A DNA stretch of 64,000 bases from Macrostomum lignano (GCA_002269645.1 NIVC01000988.1:186001-250000), one strand, 5' to 3'; numbered from the stretch's first letter, positions 23,666 through 37,400 are shown. Notes: generated from the letters alone by a model not told the origin. Made by a program: numbers and translations.

Positions 23666-26600
23666 TCAAACAATTTCTGGCAGAATGAGCACTTCTTCTC
23701 TGATCTCGGCAGCCAATTTTCCAACTTTTCTTTTACGATTTGAATCTGACTTTGACACCAAAGTTGGCAATTGCTGCTGGTGATTAATTTTCTGCTTCTG
23801 CTGAAGGGACTGCTGCGGCTGCTTCTCGCCGAGGCCCATGCAATCGCAGCAGTGATTGAGCAGACTGCTCACTTTGTCTAACATGCTGGCGCTGTCTCGG
23901 CGACTTTGGCCTCCGCCCATGCGAAAGTTCTCCGCCATTTTAAAGAAGCCTTCAGCGAATGCTTGGAAGCAGATGCCTGTAATGGTGGGAAGCATTGGAA
24001 CAATATTTGTTGTCAAAATTCAATAGGGTTACGGGAGCGGATATGATGATGCTGGGGAGAGGATGACGTTTTGAAGAGCGGATGATATTTTAGGGAGCGG
24101 ATGTCAGAAAGAGAGAAAGAGCGGATAGCGTCAAAGAGAGTGGATGGTTTTAGAAAGCGATGACGTCAGATAGAGCAGATGATGTTAGGAAGCGGATGAC
24201 GCCAGGAGAGCGGATGGTGTTAGGAAGCAGATGATGTCAGAGAGAGTGGATGATGTTATGGAAAGCGGATGATGTCAGAGAGTGCAGATGATGTTATGGA
24301 GAGCGGATGACGTCAGAGAGAGCAGATGATGTTATGGAGAGCGGATGACGTCAGATAGTGAGCGGATGGTGTTAGGAAGCGGATGACGTCAGAGAGAGCG
24401 AATGGTGTTTTGAAGCGGATAAACTTCACAGTTAGCTAACCTCCAGTCGGATCCGAGCTCAGGTACTCCCAGCGCCTCTGCAAGTCAATATAGAGAATAT
24501 TCGCATCGGCCATGCTGAGTCCGCACACCCGTTGGAGTGAGCACTTTCTTGCCAGGCCGCGGAACGCCGTGGCACCCAGCTTGACGCAGCCCCTACGGCC
24601 GCCGCAGGCAGTCAGGAACAGATCGGCGAGGCCCTCCAGCACGCGGAGTCGCTGAAGGTCGAAGTGTCGACCTGAACCGGGAAAAATCTCCGTCATACAA
24701 CCGATGGTGCATGCGGAGTCTGCTGGCTCCGACTCGACGATGGGACCCTGATCCGGCTGCATGGGATTGATTTGATTGCGGTTTTGGCAGAGTCAAGTAC
24801 TGAGTGAGGGAGCGGGGAGGCAGAGACGAGTACTGAGTGAGGGAGCGGGGAGGCAGAGTCGAGTACTGAGTGAGGGAGCGGAGAGGCAGAGACGAGTACT
24901 GAGTGAGGGAGCGGGGAGGCAGAGTCGAGTACTGAGTGAGGGAGCGGAGAGGCAGAGTCAAGTACTGAGTGAGGGAGCGTGGAGGCAGAGTCGAGTACTG
25001 AGTGAGGGAGCGGAGAGGCAGAGACGAGTACTGAGTGAGGGAGCGGGGAGGCAGAGTCGAGTACTGAGTGAGGGAGCGGAGAGGCAGAGTCAAGTACTGA
25101 GTGAGGGAGCGGAGAGGCAGAGTCAAGACAAACGATTATCAAGACATTTGATAATGCTCTGACCTGTTCAGTCTCCATGTCCTGCTCCAAGTCATTCTCA
25201 TTATTCGTGTCTGTTCCCGGATCTGCATCGGTCTCCATATTTTCTGTTTCATCCAATTCCAAATCGTTGGACGGCGCTGTCTGATTCTGGCGGATCTTCT
25301 CTTCAGATCGAGACGAATGAGCAGCAGGTCTACATGTAAATCGATATGGTTCGTGAATCTTCGCGCTACAATTTGTACTGAAAAAAATCATCATTAGTAG
25401 ACTCACTTAGTCGCCTTTTGGTCGGTCCTCTGCAGCATCCATCGCTCAACTGTCGCTAGAGAATCTCTCACTAATGCCTGTTTCACCTGCACGTCCACCG
25501 GGCTGATGAAGTATTCGCTCACTCCAGGAATGAGTTCAACTTCGTAGTCTAGTCTCAGACTGGGACAGCTGTTCACTTCCAGTAGTACTGGAGTCAGGTC
25601 CGATAGAATGAGAACGTCAAATCCGAGGATCTGCCGGGTTAAAGATTGATTCTTAGATAAGGGCCGGGTTAAAGTTACTTGCAGATGGTGAGATCAAAGC
25701 GATGTGCTCCAGGTCAGGCGCGTCGCCCTCCAGTAAAAGCTATGGGGTGGACATGCCAATGCTTTGTCCCCCACCCCACGTTGTGACTCGTTGTGACAAT
25801 CAATAATTTTTCTTCAGGGCGCCAAAATATAGCGCCAAAATGAGTGCCTGCGGCGCCAAAATGAGTGCCTGCGGCTCCAAACTGAGTGCCTGCGGCTCCA
25901 AACTGAGTGCCTGCGGCGCCGAAATGAGCGCTGACAACAAAATTATCAAAATAATGGAAATGCAGGAATTTATTAATGCACACGTACATGTTGAATTCTT
26001 GTTTTAATAAAATCCATGGCGACGCCCCTGCTCCAGGTTGAGCAGTTCAGTTCAGAGCAATGTTCCAATGAGGCTCACCTGAAAACATCTTGGCGATTGT
26101 CCTACAGTGGCTCCACGCTGTCTCATATTGACCAGCAGTTCGGGTAGGACAGCCAATGTGGTCTTAACACAGAGTCGTTCGATAGAACGCCTCAGAGCCA
26201 GCACATCGCAGCTGTCACCCATGCTAGCGGCCAGCTGTCGCAGGACGCTACTAAAAGTTCTTTTACTGCCGGTCTCAGCATTGCCGTGTACAAACGCTCT
26301 CGATCGTTTATTAATCGAATAGTTAGTCAGGTGCATGAGATTGGCGCCCAGATTGTCAGCGTTCGGCGCCGCGTACTGCTGGGTGCAGAACCGGGCCAGG
26401 CCGTCCCGACAGATGAACACTCTGGGAGTCGGGTCGGCTTCCAGCAACAGGACGTACAGACGCAAATCGAATTTATAACCGTCGAGAAGCAACGGTGAGT
26501 CCAAGTAGGTTTGCACGATGTGGCTCAACGGTCGGCCTGACTGTTGCCGCGAATAGTCTGCTGCTGACCGGATCAGGTAGATGCCACCGCCCTGGGCACC

Positions 26601-28617
26601 GGCGTCCGGTTTCACGATGTAGCACGGAGCGGGCTGTCCGGACTCTGTACCACGGTGGGGTTCATGGGTGCACTGTGATATTTGATTCGCTAATTTTGTA
26701 GGGCTTTTTAATCACTGTCCTCTGAGAGCTCGCACAACGATACGCACGCTGGCACGCGATCACACGGGGTTTACACATGGAAATTTTAATTAGGACGCTG
26801 CATTCGATTTTCTTAGAAATGAGCTATACGTAAGCTGTCTAACTAATAGCTGACACTCCTGTCTAACTAGCATGGGACACTCCTGTCTAACTAGCAGGTG
26901 ACACTCCTGTCTAACTAGCATGGGACACTCCTGTCTAACTAGCAGGTGACACTCCTGTCTAACTAGCAGGTGACACTCCTGTCTAACTAGCATGGGACAC
27001 TCCTGTCTAACTAGCAGGTGACACTCCTGTCTAACTAGCAGGTGACACTCCTGTCTAACTAGCATGGGACACTCCTGTCTAACTAGCAGGTGACACTCCT
27101 GTCTAACTAGCATGGGACACTCCTGTCTAACTAGCATGGGACACTCCTGTCTAACTAGCAGGTGACACTCCTGTCTAACTAGCAGGTGACACTCCTGCCT
27201 ATAGCTAGCATGGGACACTCCTGTCTAACTAGCAGGTGACACTCCTGTCTAACTAGCATGGGACACTCCTATCTAACTAGCAGGTGACACTCCTGTCCAA
27301 CAAGCAGGTTGGATCCATCACTAAAACAGGCCTCCTTACTAGCAGCCTCAGCATCCATCACTAAAACAGGCCTCCTTACTAGCAGCCTCAGCAGCAGCAG
27401 CCTCAGAGTACTGAGTGAATTCGGCCAGCTGGTGGGGCAAGAACCAGGTGTCCGGATAGAAGCCAAACTCCTCCGGAAATAGCCGCCTCATGGTCTCCAA
27501 GGCGCGGCTGAGGTTCACCTTATGCAGTAGGTCGCCAATCCCAGGAAATCGATTAACGCAAGAATCTTCGCCGCCTGGATTCTCAGCGTAGCTCAGTCCG
27601 TTCCAGCATATCTCGCAGGGATCTCCGCCGCCTGAGGGGCACTCGCGCCAGCCCAGCTGTTTAATTGCTAAACGAACTACGTCCAAGTTGGTGTGCGACA
27701 TCGTTGTGTCGACGCGTACAGGAGCGTCGCGGGGTTGAACGCCAAACGGCACCGCGATTCGAGCCCGGGTGAGGCGCGAATAGCGTTTTGCTTCCGCTAG
27801 TCGGTCAAGCAGCACCTGAGGGTTTTGGTTCAACTCTTGGAATGTACTTTTAAAAGGTCAATAAAGATAATTATTAATTTGTTTCGCGTGTGTCTTAGGT
27901 GACTTGTTGCAGTCATGAAGTGGCACCCCTGCTGACACACCAAAACTGGCAACCCTGACTCATAAAATGATACCCCTGACTCACACAAACTGGCACCCCT
28001 GACTCACACACACTGGCACCCCTGACTCACACAAACTGGCACCCCTGACTCACACAAACTGGCACCCCTGACTCACACAAACTGGCACCCCTGACTCACA
28101 CAAACTGGCACCCCTGACTCACACAAACTGGCACCCCTGACTCACACAAACTGGCACCCCTGACTCACATAAAAGCACATCTGACTTCATAGAATGGCAA
28201 CCCTGACTCACATAAAGTGACACCACCGACTCACACAAAGTGACACCCTGACTCACATCAAGTGGCACCACCGACTCACAAAAAGTGGCACCACCGACTC
28301 ACACAAAGTGGCACCCTGTCACAACCTTAATTGGCTTCTGTCACACATTAAGCAACAGTTAATTGATTCACCTGCCGGCGAAAGTCGGTGCGCTTGTACT
28401 TGCGCAGCTGGGTCGGATTAAACCGGTGACGCAGCACCTGCTGCCGCAGACGGCTCAGCTCATCTGAAGCTGACGCAATTCCGAAACTGTCGCCGACACT
28501 GACCACCTCTGATGAGGGCAACTCCACAGATTCTAGTGGAGGCTCCTTTTCTGCGGACTTATAGTCATATATTTTACTTAATCTTTTACTTAGTAGAGCC
28601 AGTCTGTTGAACTCCAA
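23666..28617 (-). CDS. TTLL11: Tubulin polyglutamylase TTLL11-like; exons ~28617(?)-28372, 27815-27380, ~26644-26079, 25630-25407, 25377-25164, 24756-24441, 23976-23666; start codon not located
   Basis: VNRFPGIGDLLHKVNLSRAL, YIVKPDAGAQGGGIYLI, KFDLRLYVL, HLTNYSINK, CFQ|ILGFD, LEVN, and the TTLL11-type C-terminal LGATAFR..SMADANILYID..CFQAFAEGFF. Intron phases are consistent. Confidence 0.85.
24035..24420. repeat. Degenerate minisatellite (gagcggatgatgt core) in the last TTLL11 intron
   Basis: Recurrent core. Confidence 0.85.
24788..25127. repeat. 33-bp minisatellite (gagtactgagtgagggagcggagaggcagagtc) in a TTLL11 intron
   Basis: Direct tandem repeat, ~10 copies. Confidence 0.95.
25715..26030. 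mobile_element. Non-autonomous DNA transposon (MITE), hAT/P-type, with an internal 20-bp tandem repeat
   Basis: TIRs caggcgcgtcgcc / ggcgacgcccctg (12/13). Exact 8-bp TSD CTCCAGGT at 25707-25714 and 26031-26038. Confidence 0.85.
26835..27300. repeat. 24-bp minisatellite (agcaggtgacactcctgtctaact) in a TTLL11 intron
   Basis: Direct tandem repeat; same core as the 57.7 and 60.6 kb arrays. Confidence 0.95.
27925..28320. repeat. 23-bp minisatellite (ctggcacccctgactcacacaaa) in a TTLL11 intron
   Basis: Direct tandem repeat. Confidence 0.93.
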
Positions 28618-30724
28618 TATAAAGATGAAAAAGCACTTTATGCAAAGGATTGCCTGTTGCTTCTAATTAGAAACAATTATATCTATAATTCAAACTAATA
28701 ATATTATTAAAGAACTGATGGTAAACAAAATATAGAAATTCAAAATTTAAATGCAAAAAAGTATAAAAATGATAACTAGATCTATGGTACCCAATCGAAA
28801 ATAAATAGTAAAAATATTACCCTGGGCATGCTAACTTTATACTGATATGTGCTCTACTTTAAACTGCAAAAAAAACTATATATACTATTGTATCTTCACA
28901 ATAATTGCTAATCGGTTAACTATAGTGTGTGCTACAGATATTAAACTCACTACCAATGTTTCTCTTTTTAACCGCATAAAGTTCTGCTCTATTAAATACG
29001 TGACGATAATGTTTTAGCATTTTTGATAACTATACGTAGCACAAGATAACACCACTTGAGATTGAGACTAATGGATTACAAATGAGGCCTAATCGAATTT
29101 TAGAAATCATTATTAAATTCAAATTTTTTTGAAGATTGTTTATTAAAAAACGGAATTAATCAATTACTGTTCGAACATAGTATTCATGATTTCTTAAAAA
29201 TCGAAAAAATAGCACTATAACTCTAAAATATTACTTCAGAAATTCTTATGATTCTCAAGAATGATTATTGGCACTCAAGTTTCTTTAGTTTTGAGATATA
29301 CTGGGCAAATAATCTACTTTCCAGCATGTGGCTAGGCCCCTACCACGATCATCTTAACAGCTTGTCGCCTGCGCCCTGTGGCCTGTCACCTAGCTGTGCG
29401 TGGTTGGTGATTCACAAAAGCAATAATATACAAAGTTTTTCGTAAAAAGAAAATTCCTTTTACAATGTTGAATATATGCTCGCTTCTCCAGTTGCACGGT
29501 ACAACAAATACTAATATAGAGCCTCTAAAATATACAAAAAAATAAATATATAAATATAACAATCATGTAGGAAGCTCAAAATAATATATATCTTTCTGTG
29601 ATAGTCGTTTTAAAAAACTTGCTTTGACGAAAACACGCGGTTTTAAACTTTTTTTAAACATCGCTGCAAACTTTAAAATATCTCGTGCAATAATGTGTTG
29701 ATCAACATTAAGCCAGCTGAAGGAAGTACTTCTTACAGCAACACTGGTGGCTTCAGACATTGGCTAGGGCCTAATCTCTTATTCAATATGGCAATATATC
29801 AATATATTAGTATGACATTTTAATATTCATTGGATGCATAAATAATTATTGGCTTTTATTCGTGGTATAGCCATAGCATAGGTCCATAGCATAGGCCGCA
29901 TAGCATAGCCGCATAGCATAGGCATAGCAAAAAAGATAAAAAGCAAAAAACTATTCATGGAAATAAAGTTTACTACAGTATAGATTGAAGCCATTTAAAT
30001 TGAAAATTTGCAGTTGAAAAATGGCAACAGAATTTGAAAAAAGAAAAATAGACATCAAGTTACTAATGCTTCTTTCTTAAGAAAGGAAAATTAACCTCCA
30101 GCATATGCCATTTTTTGCTGTTTTTTCTAAGCTGCATATTTTAATTCTTTTAGCAATACCATAAGTATATGTAAGTCAGTTATTTTTTTATTTCTTATAA
30201 ATGCATGAGCTAATTAATTAAAGTTCTGCAACTAGTGTACTAACACCAAATATTTTTAATGAATTACTAGAATACTAGTTGGTTATCTGCAAAAATATCA
30301 TTTGAACACAATTATAGTTTTGGTCTAATTATTAGCAAAATATATGTTCTATAATGTTTTAAACTATTATTATTAATCAATTTCTAATAACTTTCAAAAG
30401 GATTTCTAGTTATAGAGATTTGATGCCAAAAACATATTACAAAGTAGGCCTAGATTGCAATTTTATTATGACATAAGTTCATTTTTGTCAACTAGACCCT
30501 ATATATTATTTTAGATATTTTATTTTATTTTTAATATTTTATTTATTTTACTTAACTTCTTAAGCTTGAGGCTTCCTATAAATAAAAAAAGCAAAATTTG
30601 CATTAACCTTTCATTTATAGACTGATTGATAAATAATATAACTTTTATAATAGTATAAAATTTAATATAGGCCTAACTATTTTTTGCTTTTATTTGATTG
30701 TTAATTTAAGTTTTTTATATATGG

Positions 30725-31086
30725 ATTTTTTTATTAGAGGCAAGGAGGTTATGTGCACCTTGGCACACTTTAAGCGACATAGGCATGCAACCGGCAAGAG
30801 GCATTATTGCCCATTCCACCAACTCCCCTGAGCAGGCACACAAGCACGCGGATACATATGCAAGTACACACTCACACAGGAGTATACAGCGGCCCTAACC
30901 TTATTTTATTGCTAGGCATGTACACTCTACTATGCTTTAGGTAGTTGGCTCTCAAGGCCATTAATTGCATGAGCAGAGCCAAGCCGAGATTCCAATTCAG
31001 CCCCAAATTAATGTGACTGCACTTGGAATTGAGCCTGGGTCGCTGGCATACCAGAGCCTGCACTAGACTGATGGGCTACATCCCCC
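30725..31086 (-). mobile_element. Full-length, CpG-decayed copy of the tRNA-derived SINE
   Basis: Colinear with 2289-2648; the differences are mostly CpG to TpG/CpA. Confidence 0.88.
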
Positions 31087-31461
31087 TGATTTATATATAG
31101 AATATAGTCTTTTATTCTACATATAATTAAACTTAAAATTTTCTAAACTTCATGTATAAAGAAATATTTTTTAGATTTTTAGATTTTTATAAAATTAATA
31201 GTTTCTTATTGTGTATATAATAAAAAAATCTTGAAAAATAATAATTTAACAGTTAATTGTTTTTTTAATTGTTTAATTAGTTTTATTTAAAGTTGCTACT
31301 GCATACTTAAAATAAATTCTAAGTTTTTTATTTAAATATTAGCTTACAATCTAATTTATTGTCTTGCATACTTACTTATATACTTATATTGATTTTTTAC
31401 CTTTAAATTTTTAATTAACTTGTTGTATGCTTAAAATATAAGACAAAATATTTTTTTTTTC

Positions 31462-34400
31462 ATGCATGCAAAACAAATGACTCGCTGCTGCATGACCTGG
31501 AGAAATGGTCTTATTGCAGTTGCAATCATTTATTTTATATTGGCTTTTATGTGCCTGATGTACCTGCCAAATTTTGATAGTCTACTAATTGATTCTGATA
31601 AAGCTGATAGTAAGGATCATCACAAACCAAGGCACAGGTTTGTTAAGATTTGATGGCTTTAATGTGATAGTTTATATGTATGTTTAGGTACATATGGTTG
31701 AGCCATTTATTTTCTAAAATCAATTGCATACCTAAATAGATGAGACAAGTACCATTTTTAGTATATAGGACTAGTTATCTATGCCACCATTGGGGAGCAA
31801 ACAAAGAGTGCAATAAATAGTTTTAAATAAACTATATATAGCTTCTGACCTTAGCCTTTGTATCTCAGCAATTCCCCCAAAAAACTTGACATTTCAGCAA
31901 TTCCCTCTAAGCCTTGCCATCTCAGCAATTATACAAGTAGGCTCTGGCATATCAGCAATTCCCCCCCCCCCCAAAAACTTGACATGTCAGCAATTCCCCC
32001 AGCAAGACTTCACATCTCAGCGATTCCCTCCCCCAGACTTGACATCTCAGCAATTCCCCCCAAAACTTGACATTTCAGCAATTCCTGCAGTAAGCCCTGA
32101 CATCTCAGCAATTCCCCCAGCAAGACTTGACATCTCAGAAATTTCCCCAGTAAGCCTTGACATCTCAGCTATTCCCCCAGTAAGCCTTGACATCTCAGAA
32201 ATTTCCCCAGTAAGCCTTGACATCTCAGCTATTCCCCCAGTAAGTCTTGACATCTCAGAAATTTCCCCAGTAAGCCTTGACATCGCAGAAATTCCCCCAG
32301 TAAGCCTTGACATCTCAGCTATTCCCCCAGTAAGCCTTGACATCTCAGAAATTTCCCCAGTAAGCCTTGACATCGCAGAAATTCCCCCAGTAAGCCTTGA
32401 CATCTCAGAAATTAAACTCGAGCCTAGGCATCTACGCAATTCACCCAACCCAGTAAGCCATGACATCTCAGCTATTCCCCCAGTAAGCCTTGACATCTCA
32501 GCTATTCTCTCAGTAAGCCCTGACATCTCAGCTATTCCCTCAGTAAGCCTTGACATCTCAGCAATTCCCCTCCCCCAGACTTGAAATCTCAGCAATGGTT
32601 TGATTATATGTGCGGCCACATTCATCTGGGACCTTTGTTGCACGAAAATTGGCCCTGTGGGGGCTGTCGTTACGATTCACACCTATGAAGGCCAGCCCAC
32701 AAGGCACTGAGACTGTACATGCCTGACGATAAGAAAGCCGGAGCCACTGTTCACCCTGTGTGAGCGTGTGTGTGAGTGCGTGCCTTGTGCGTGTGAGTGC
32801 GTTTTCACATTTCAATTTTATTCGTTTGTATGTAAAAAAAATCCTACAATATGCACTGCTTTACTACTAATAGGCATATTCTAGTGCGCGAATGGTTGAA
32901 ACAGCGATGCGAAAATGTGAGCTCTGCTAGACCGGCAGATGTTGTCACCTCGTACCCATTGACCGGATCCGTAGGGATAAGGAATCAGCAGCAGCAACCG
33001 CCGCTTCGTGTAATGAGCGCCTATTATGATGCTCGTAAAGAATTGTCGCATTATATTCGCGTGCTAACGATACTGCCCAGGTCGGCTAAGTCTACAGTTA
33101 ACTTGCACTGTCACGTGCCGCTAGCACCTGGTCTGCATTTCACTGTGCCCGGTACGCCTTACGAGATGAACGAGAATCACGCTATGCCTTATGGGGCTTA
33201 CGTGTTCTCATGCGCTCTGCCGCCTCATCTGCAGGTGAGAGTGAATTCGATTTAATTAGTGAGAACGTGTTTAATTGGCTTTGTTACTAGACTGATAGAT
33301 AGTTGTGTTTATTCATCAAATGTGAGATTCCATTTCTCTGTAAATTACGAACTATCTCTAGGACTGTAATTCAGTTTTTTTAGAAGTAAATACTGGCAAA
33401 TCCTATCGTTCAATATTTTGCATTCTAATCCGAAATATCCCAGTCCGTTCCAGTTTCGAAATCCCAAAGAATCCCATTCTGATATTTAGTTAAAGATTCG
33501 AAATCCCAAAGAATCCCATTCTGATATTTAGTTGAAGATTCGAAATCCCAAAGAATCCCATTCTGATATTTAGTTAAAGATTCGAAATCCCAAAGAATCC
33601 CATTCTGATATTTAGTTGAAGATTCGAAATCCCAAAGAATCACATTCTGATATTTAGTTAAAGATTCGAAATCCCAAAGAATCCCATTCTGATATTTAGT
33701 TAAAGATTCGAAATCCCAAAGAATTCCATTCCGATATTTAGTTGAAGATTCGAAATCCCAAAGAATCCCATTCTGATATTTAGTTAAAGATTCGAAATCC
33801 CAAAGAATCCCATTCTGATATTTAGTTAAAGATTCGAAATCCCAAAGAATTCCATTCCGATATTTAGTTAAAGATTCGAAATCCCAAAGAATCCCATTCC
33901 GATATTTAGTTAAAGATTCGAAATCCCAAAGAATCCCATTCCGATATTTAGTTGAAGATTCGAAATCCCAAAGAATCCCATTCTGATATTTAGTTGAAGA
34001 TTCGAAATCCCAAAGAATCCCATTCCGATATTTAGTTAAAGATTCGAAATCCCAAAGAATCCCATTCTGATATTTAGTTAAAGATTCGAAATCCCAAAGA
34101 ATTCCATTCCGATATTTAGTTAAAGATTCGAAATCCCAAAGAATCCCATTCTGATATTTAGTTAAAGATTCGAAATCCCAAAGAATCCCATTCTGATATT
34201 TAGTTAAAGATTCGAAATCCCAAAGAATTCCATTCCGATATTTAGTTAAAGATTCGAAATCCCAAAGAATCCCATTCCGATATTTAGTTAAAGATTCGAA
34301 ATCCCAAAGAATCCCATTCTGATATTTAGTTAAAGATTCGAAATCCCAAAGAATCCCATTCTGATATTTAGTTAAAGATTCGAAATCCAAAGAATTCCAT

Positions 34401-37400
34401 TCCGATATTTAGTTAAAGATTCGAAATCCCAAAGAATCCCATTCCGATATTTAGTTGAAGATTCGAAATCCCAAAGAATCCCATTCTGATATTTAGTTGA
34501 AGATTCGAAATCCCAAAGAATCCCATTCTGATATTTAGTTGAAGATTCGAAATCCCAAAGAATCCCATTCTGATATTTAGTTAAAGATTCGAAATCCCAA
34601 AGAATCCCATTCTGATATTTAGTTGAAGATTCGAAATCCCAAAGAATCCCATTCTGATATTTAGTTAAAGATTCGAAATCCCAAAGAATTCCATTCCGAT
34701 ATTTAGTTAAAGATTCGAAATCCCAAAGAATCCCATTCTGATATTTAGTTGAAGATTCGAAATCCCAAAGAATCCCATTCCGATATTTAGTTAAAGATTC
34801 GAAATCCCAAAGAATCCCATTCCGATATTTAGTTAAAGATTCGAAATCCCAAAGAATCCCATTCCGATATTTAGTTGAAGATTCGAAATCCCAAAGAATC
34901 CCATTCTGATATTTAGTTAAAGATTCGAAATCCCAAAGAATCCCATTCTGATATTTAGTTAAAGATTCGAAATCCCAAATAATTCCATTCCGATATTTAG
35001 TTAAAGATTCGAAATCCCAAAGAATCCCATTCCGATATTTAGTTGAAGATTCGAAATCCCAAAGAATCCCATTCTGATATTTAGTTAAAGATTCGAAATC
35101 CCAAAGAATCCCATTCTGATATTTAGTTGAAGATTCGAAATCCCAAAGAATCCCATTCCGATATTTAGTTAAAGATTCGAAATCCCAAAGAATCCCATTC
35201 CGATATTTAGTTGAAGATTCGAAATCCCAAAGAATCCCATTCCGATATTTAGTTGAAGATTCGAAATCCCAAAGAATCCCATTCTGATATTTAGTTGAAG
35301 ATTCGAAATCCCAAAGAATCCCATTCCGATATTTAGTTAAAGATTCGAAATCCCAAAGAATCCCATTCTGATATTTAGTTAAAGATTCGAAATCCCAAAG
35401 AATTCCATTCTGATATTTAGTTAAAGATTCGAAATCCCAAAGAATCCCATTCTGATATTTAGTTAAAGTCAAAGATTCGAAATCCCAAAGAATCCCATTC
35501 TGATATTTAGTTAAAGATTCGAAATCCCAAAGAATTCCATTCCGATATTTAGTTAAAGATTCGAAATCCCAAAGAATCCCATTCCGATATTTAGTTAAAG
35601 ATTCGAAATCCCAAAGAATCCCATTCTGATATTTAGTTGAAGATTCGAAATCCCAAAGAATCCCATTCTGATATTTAGTTAAAGATTCGAAATCGCAAAG
35701 AATTCCATTCCGATATTTAGTTAAAGATTCGAAATCCCAAAGAATCCCATTCTGATATTTAGTTGAAGATTCGAAATCCCAAAGAATCCCATTCTGATAT
35801 TTAGTTGAAGATTCGAAATCCCAAAGAATTCCATTCTGATATTTAGTTGAAGATTCGAAATCTCAAAGAATCCCATTCTGATATTTAGTTAAAGATTCGA
35901 AATCCCAAAGAATCCCATTCTGATATTTAGTTGAAGATTCGAAATCCCAAAGAATCCCATTCTGATATTTAGTTAAAGATTCGAAATCCCAAAGAATTCC
36001 ATTCCGATATTTAGTTAAAGATTCGAAATCCCAAAGAATCCCATTCTGATATTTAGTTGAAGATTCGAAATCCCAAAGAATCCCATTCCGATATTTAGTT
36101 AAAGATTCGAAATCCCAAAGAATCCCATTCTGATATTTAGTTAAAGATTCGAAATCCCAAAGAATTCCATTCTGATATTTAGTTAAAGATTCGAAATCCC
36201 AAAGAATCCCATTCTGATATTTAGTTAAAGATTCGAAATCCCAAAGAATCCCATTCTGATATTTAGTTAAAGATTCGAAATCCCAAAGAATCCATTCCGA
36301 TATTTAGTTAAAGATTCGAAATCCCAAAGAATCCCATTCTGATATTTAGTTAAAGATTCGAAATCCCAAAGAATCCCATTCTGATATTTAGTTAAAGATT
36401 CGAAATCCCAAAGAATCCCATTCCGATATTTAGTTAAAGATTCGAAATCCCAAAGAATCCCATTCCGATATTTAGTTAAAGATTCGAAATCCCAAAGAAT
36501 TCCATTCCGATATTTAGTTAAAGATTCGAAATCCCAAAGAATCCCATTCCGATATTTAGTTAAAGATTCGAAATCCCAAAGAATCCCATTCTGATATTTA
36601 GTTAAAGATTCGAAATCCCAAAGAATCCATTCCGATATTTAGTTAAAGATTCGAAATCCCAAAGAATCCCATTCCGATATTTAGTTAAAGATTCGAAATC
36701 CCAAAGAATCCCATTCTGATATTTAGTTAAAGATTCGAAATCCCAAAGAATCCCATTCTGATATTTAGTTAAAGATTCGAAATCGCAAAGAATTCCATTC
36801 CGATATTTAGTTAAAGATTCGAAATCCCAAAGAATCCCATTCCGATATTTAGTTGAAGATTCGAAATCCCAAAGAATCCCATTCTGATATTTAGTTGAAG
36901 ATTCGAAATCCCAAAGAATCCCATTCTGATATTTAGTTGAAGATTCGAAATCCCAAAGAATCCCATTCTGATATTTAGTTAAAGATTCGAAATCCCAAAG
37001 AATCCCATTCTGATATTTAGTTGAAGATTCGAAATCCCAAAGAATCCCATTCTGATATTTAGTTAAAGATTCGAAATCCCAAAGAATTCCATTCCGATAT
37101 TTAGTTAAAGATTCGAAATCCCAAAGAATCCCATTCTGATATTTAGTTGAAGATTCGAAATCCCAAAGAATCCCATTCCGATATTTAGTTAAAGATTCGA
37201 AATCCCAAAGAATCCCATTCCGATATTTAGTTAAAGATTCGAAATCCCAAAGAATCCCATTCGATATTTAGTTGAAGATTCGAAATCCCAAAGAATCCCA
37301 TTCTGATATTTAGTTAAAGATTCGAAATCCCAAAGAATCCCATTCTGATATTTAGTTAAAGATTCGAAATCCCAAAGAATCCATTCCGATATTTAGTTAA

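Noticed and set aside
24788-27420. 12-nt identity (gagtactgagtg) between the 33-bp intronic unit and a TTLL11 exon
   Set aside because: Too short to exclude chance
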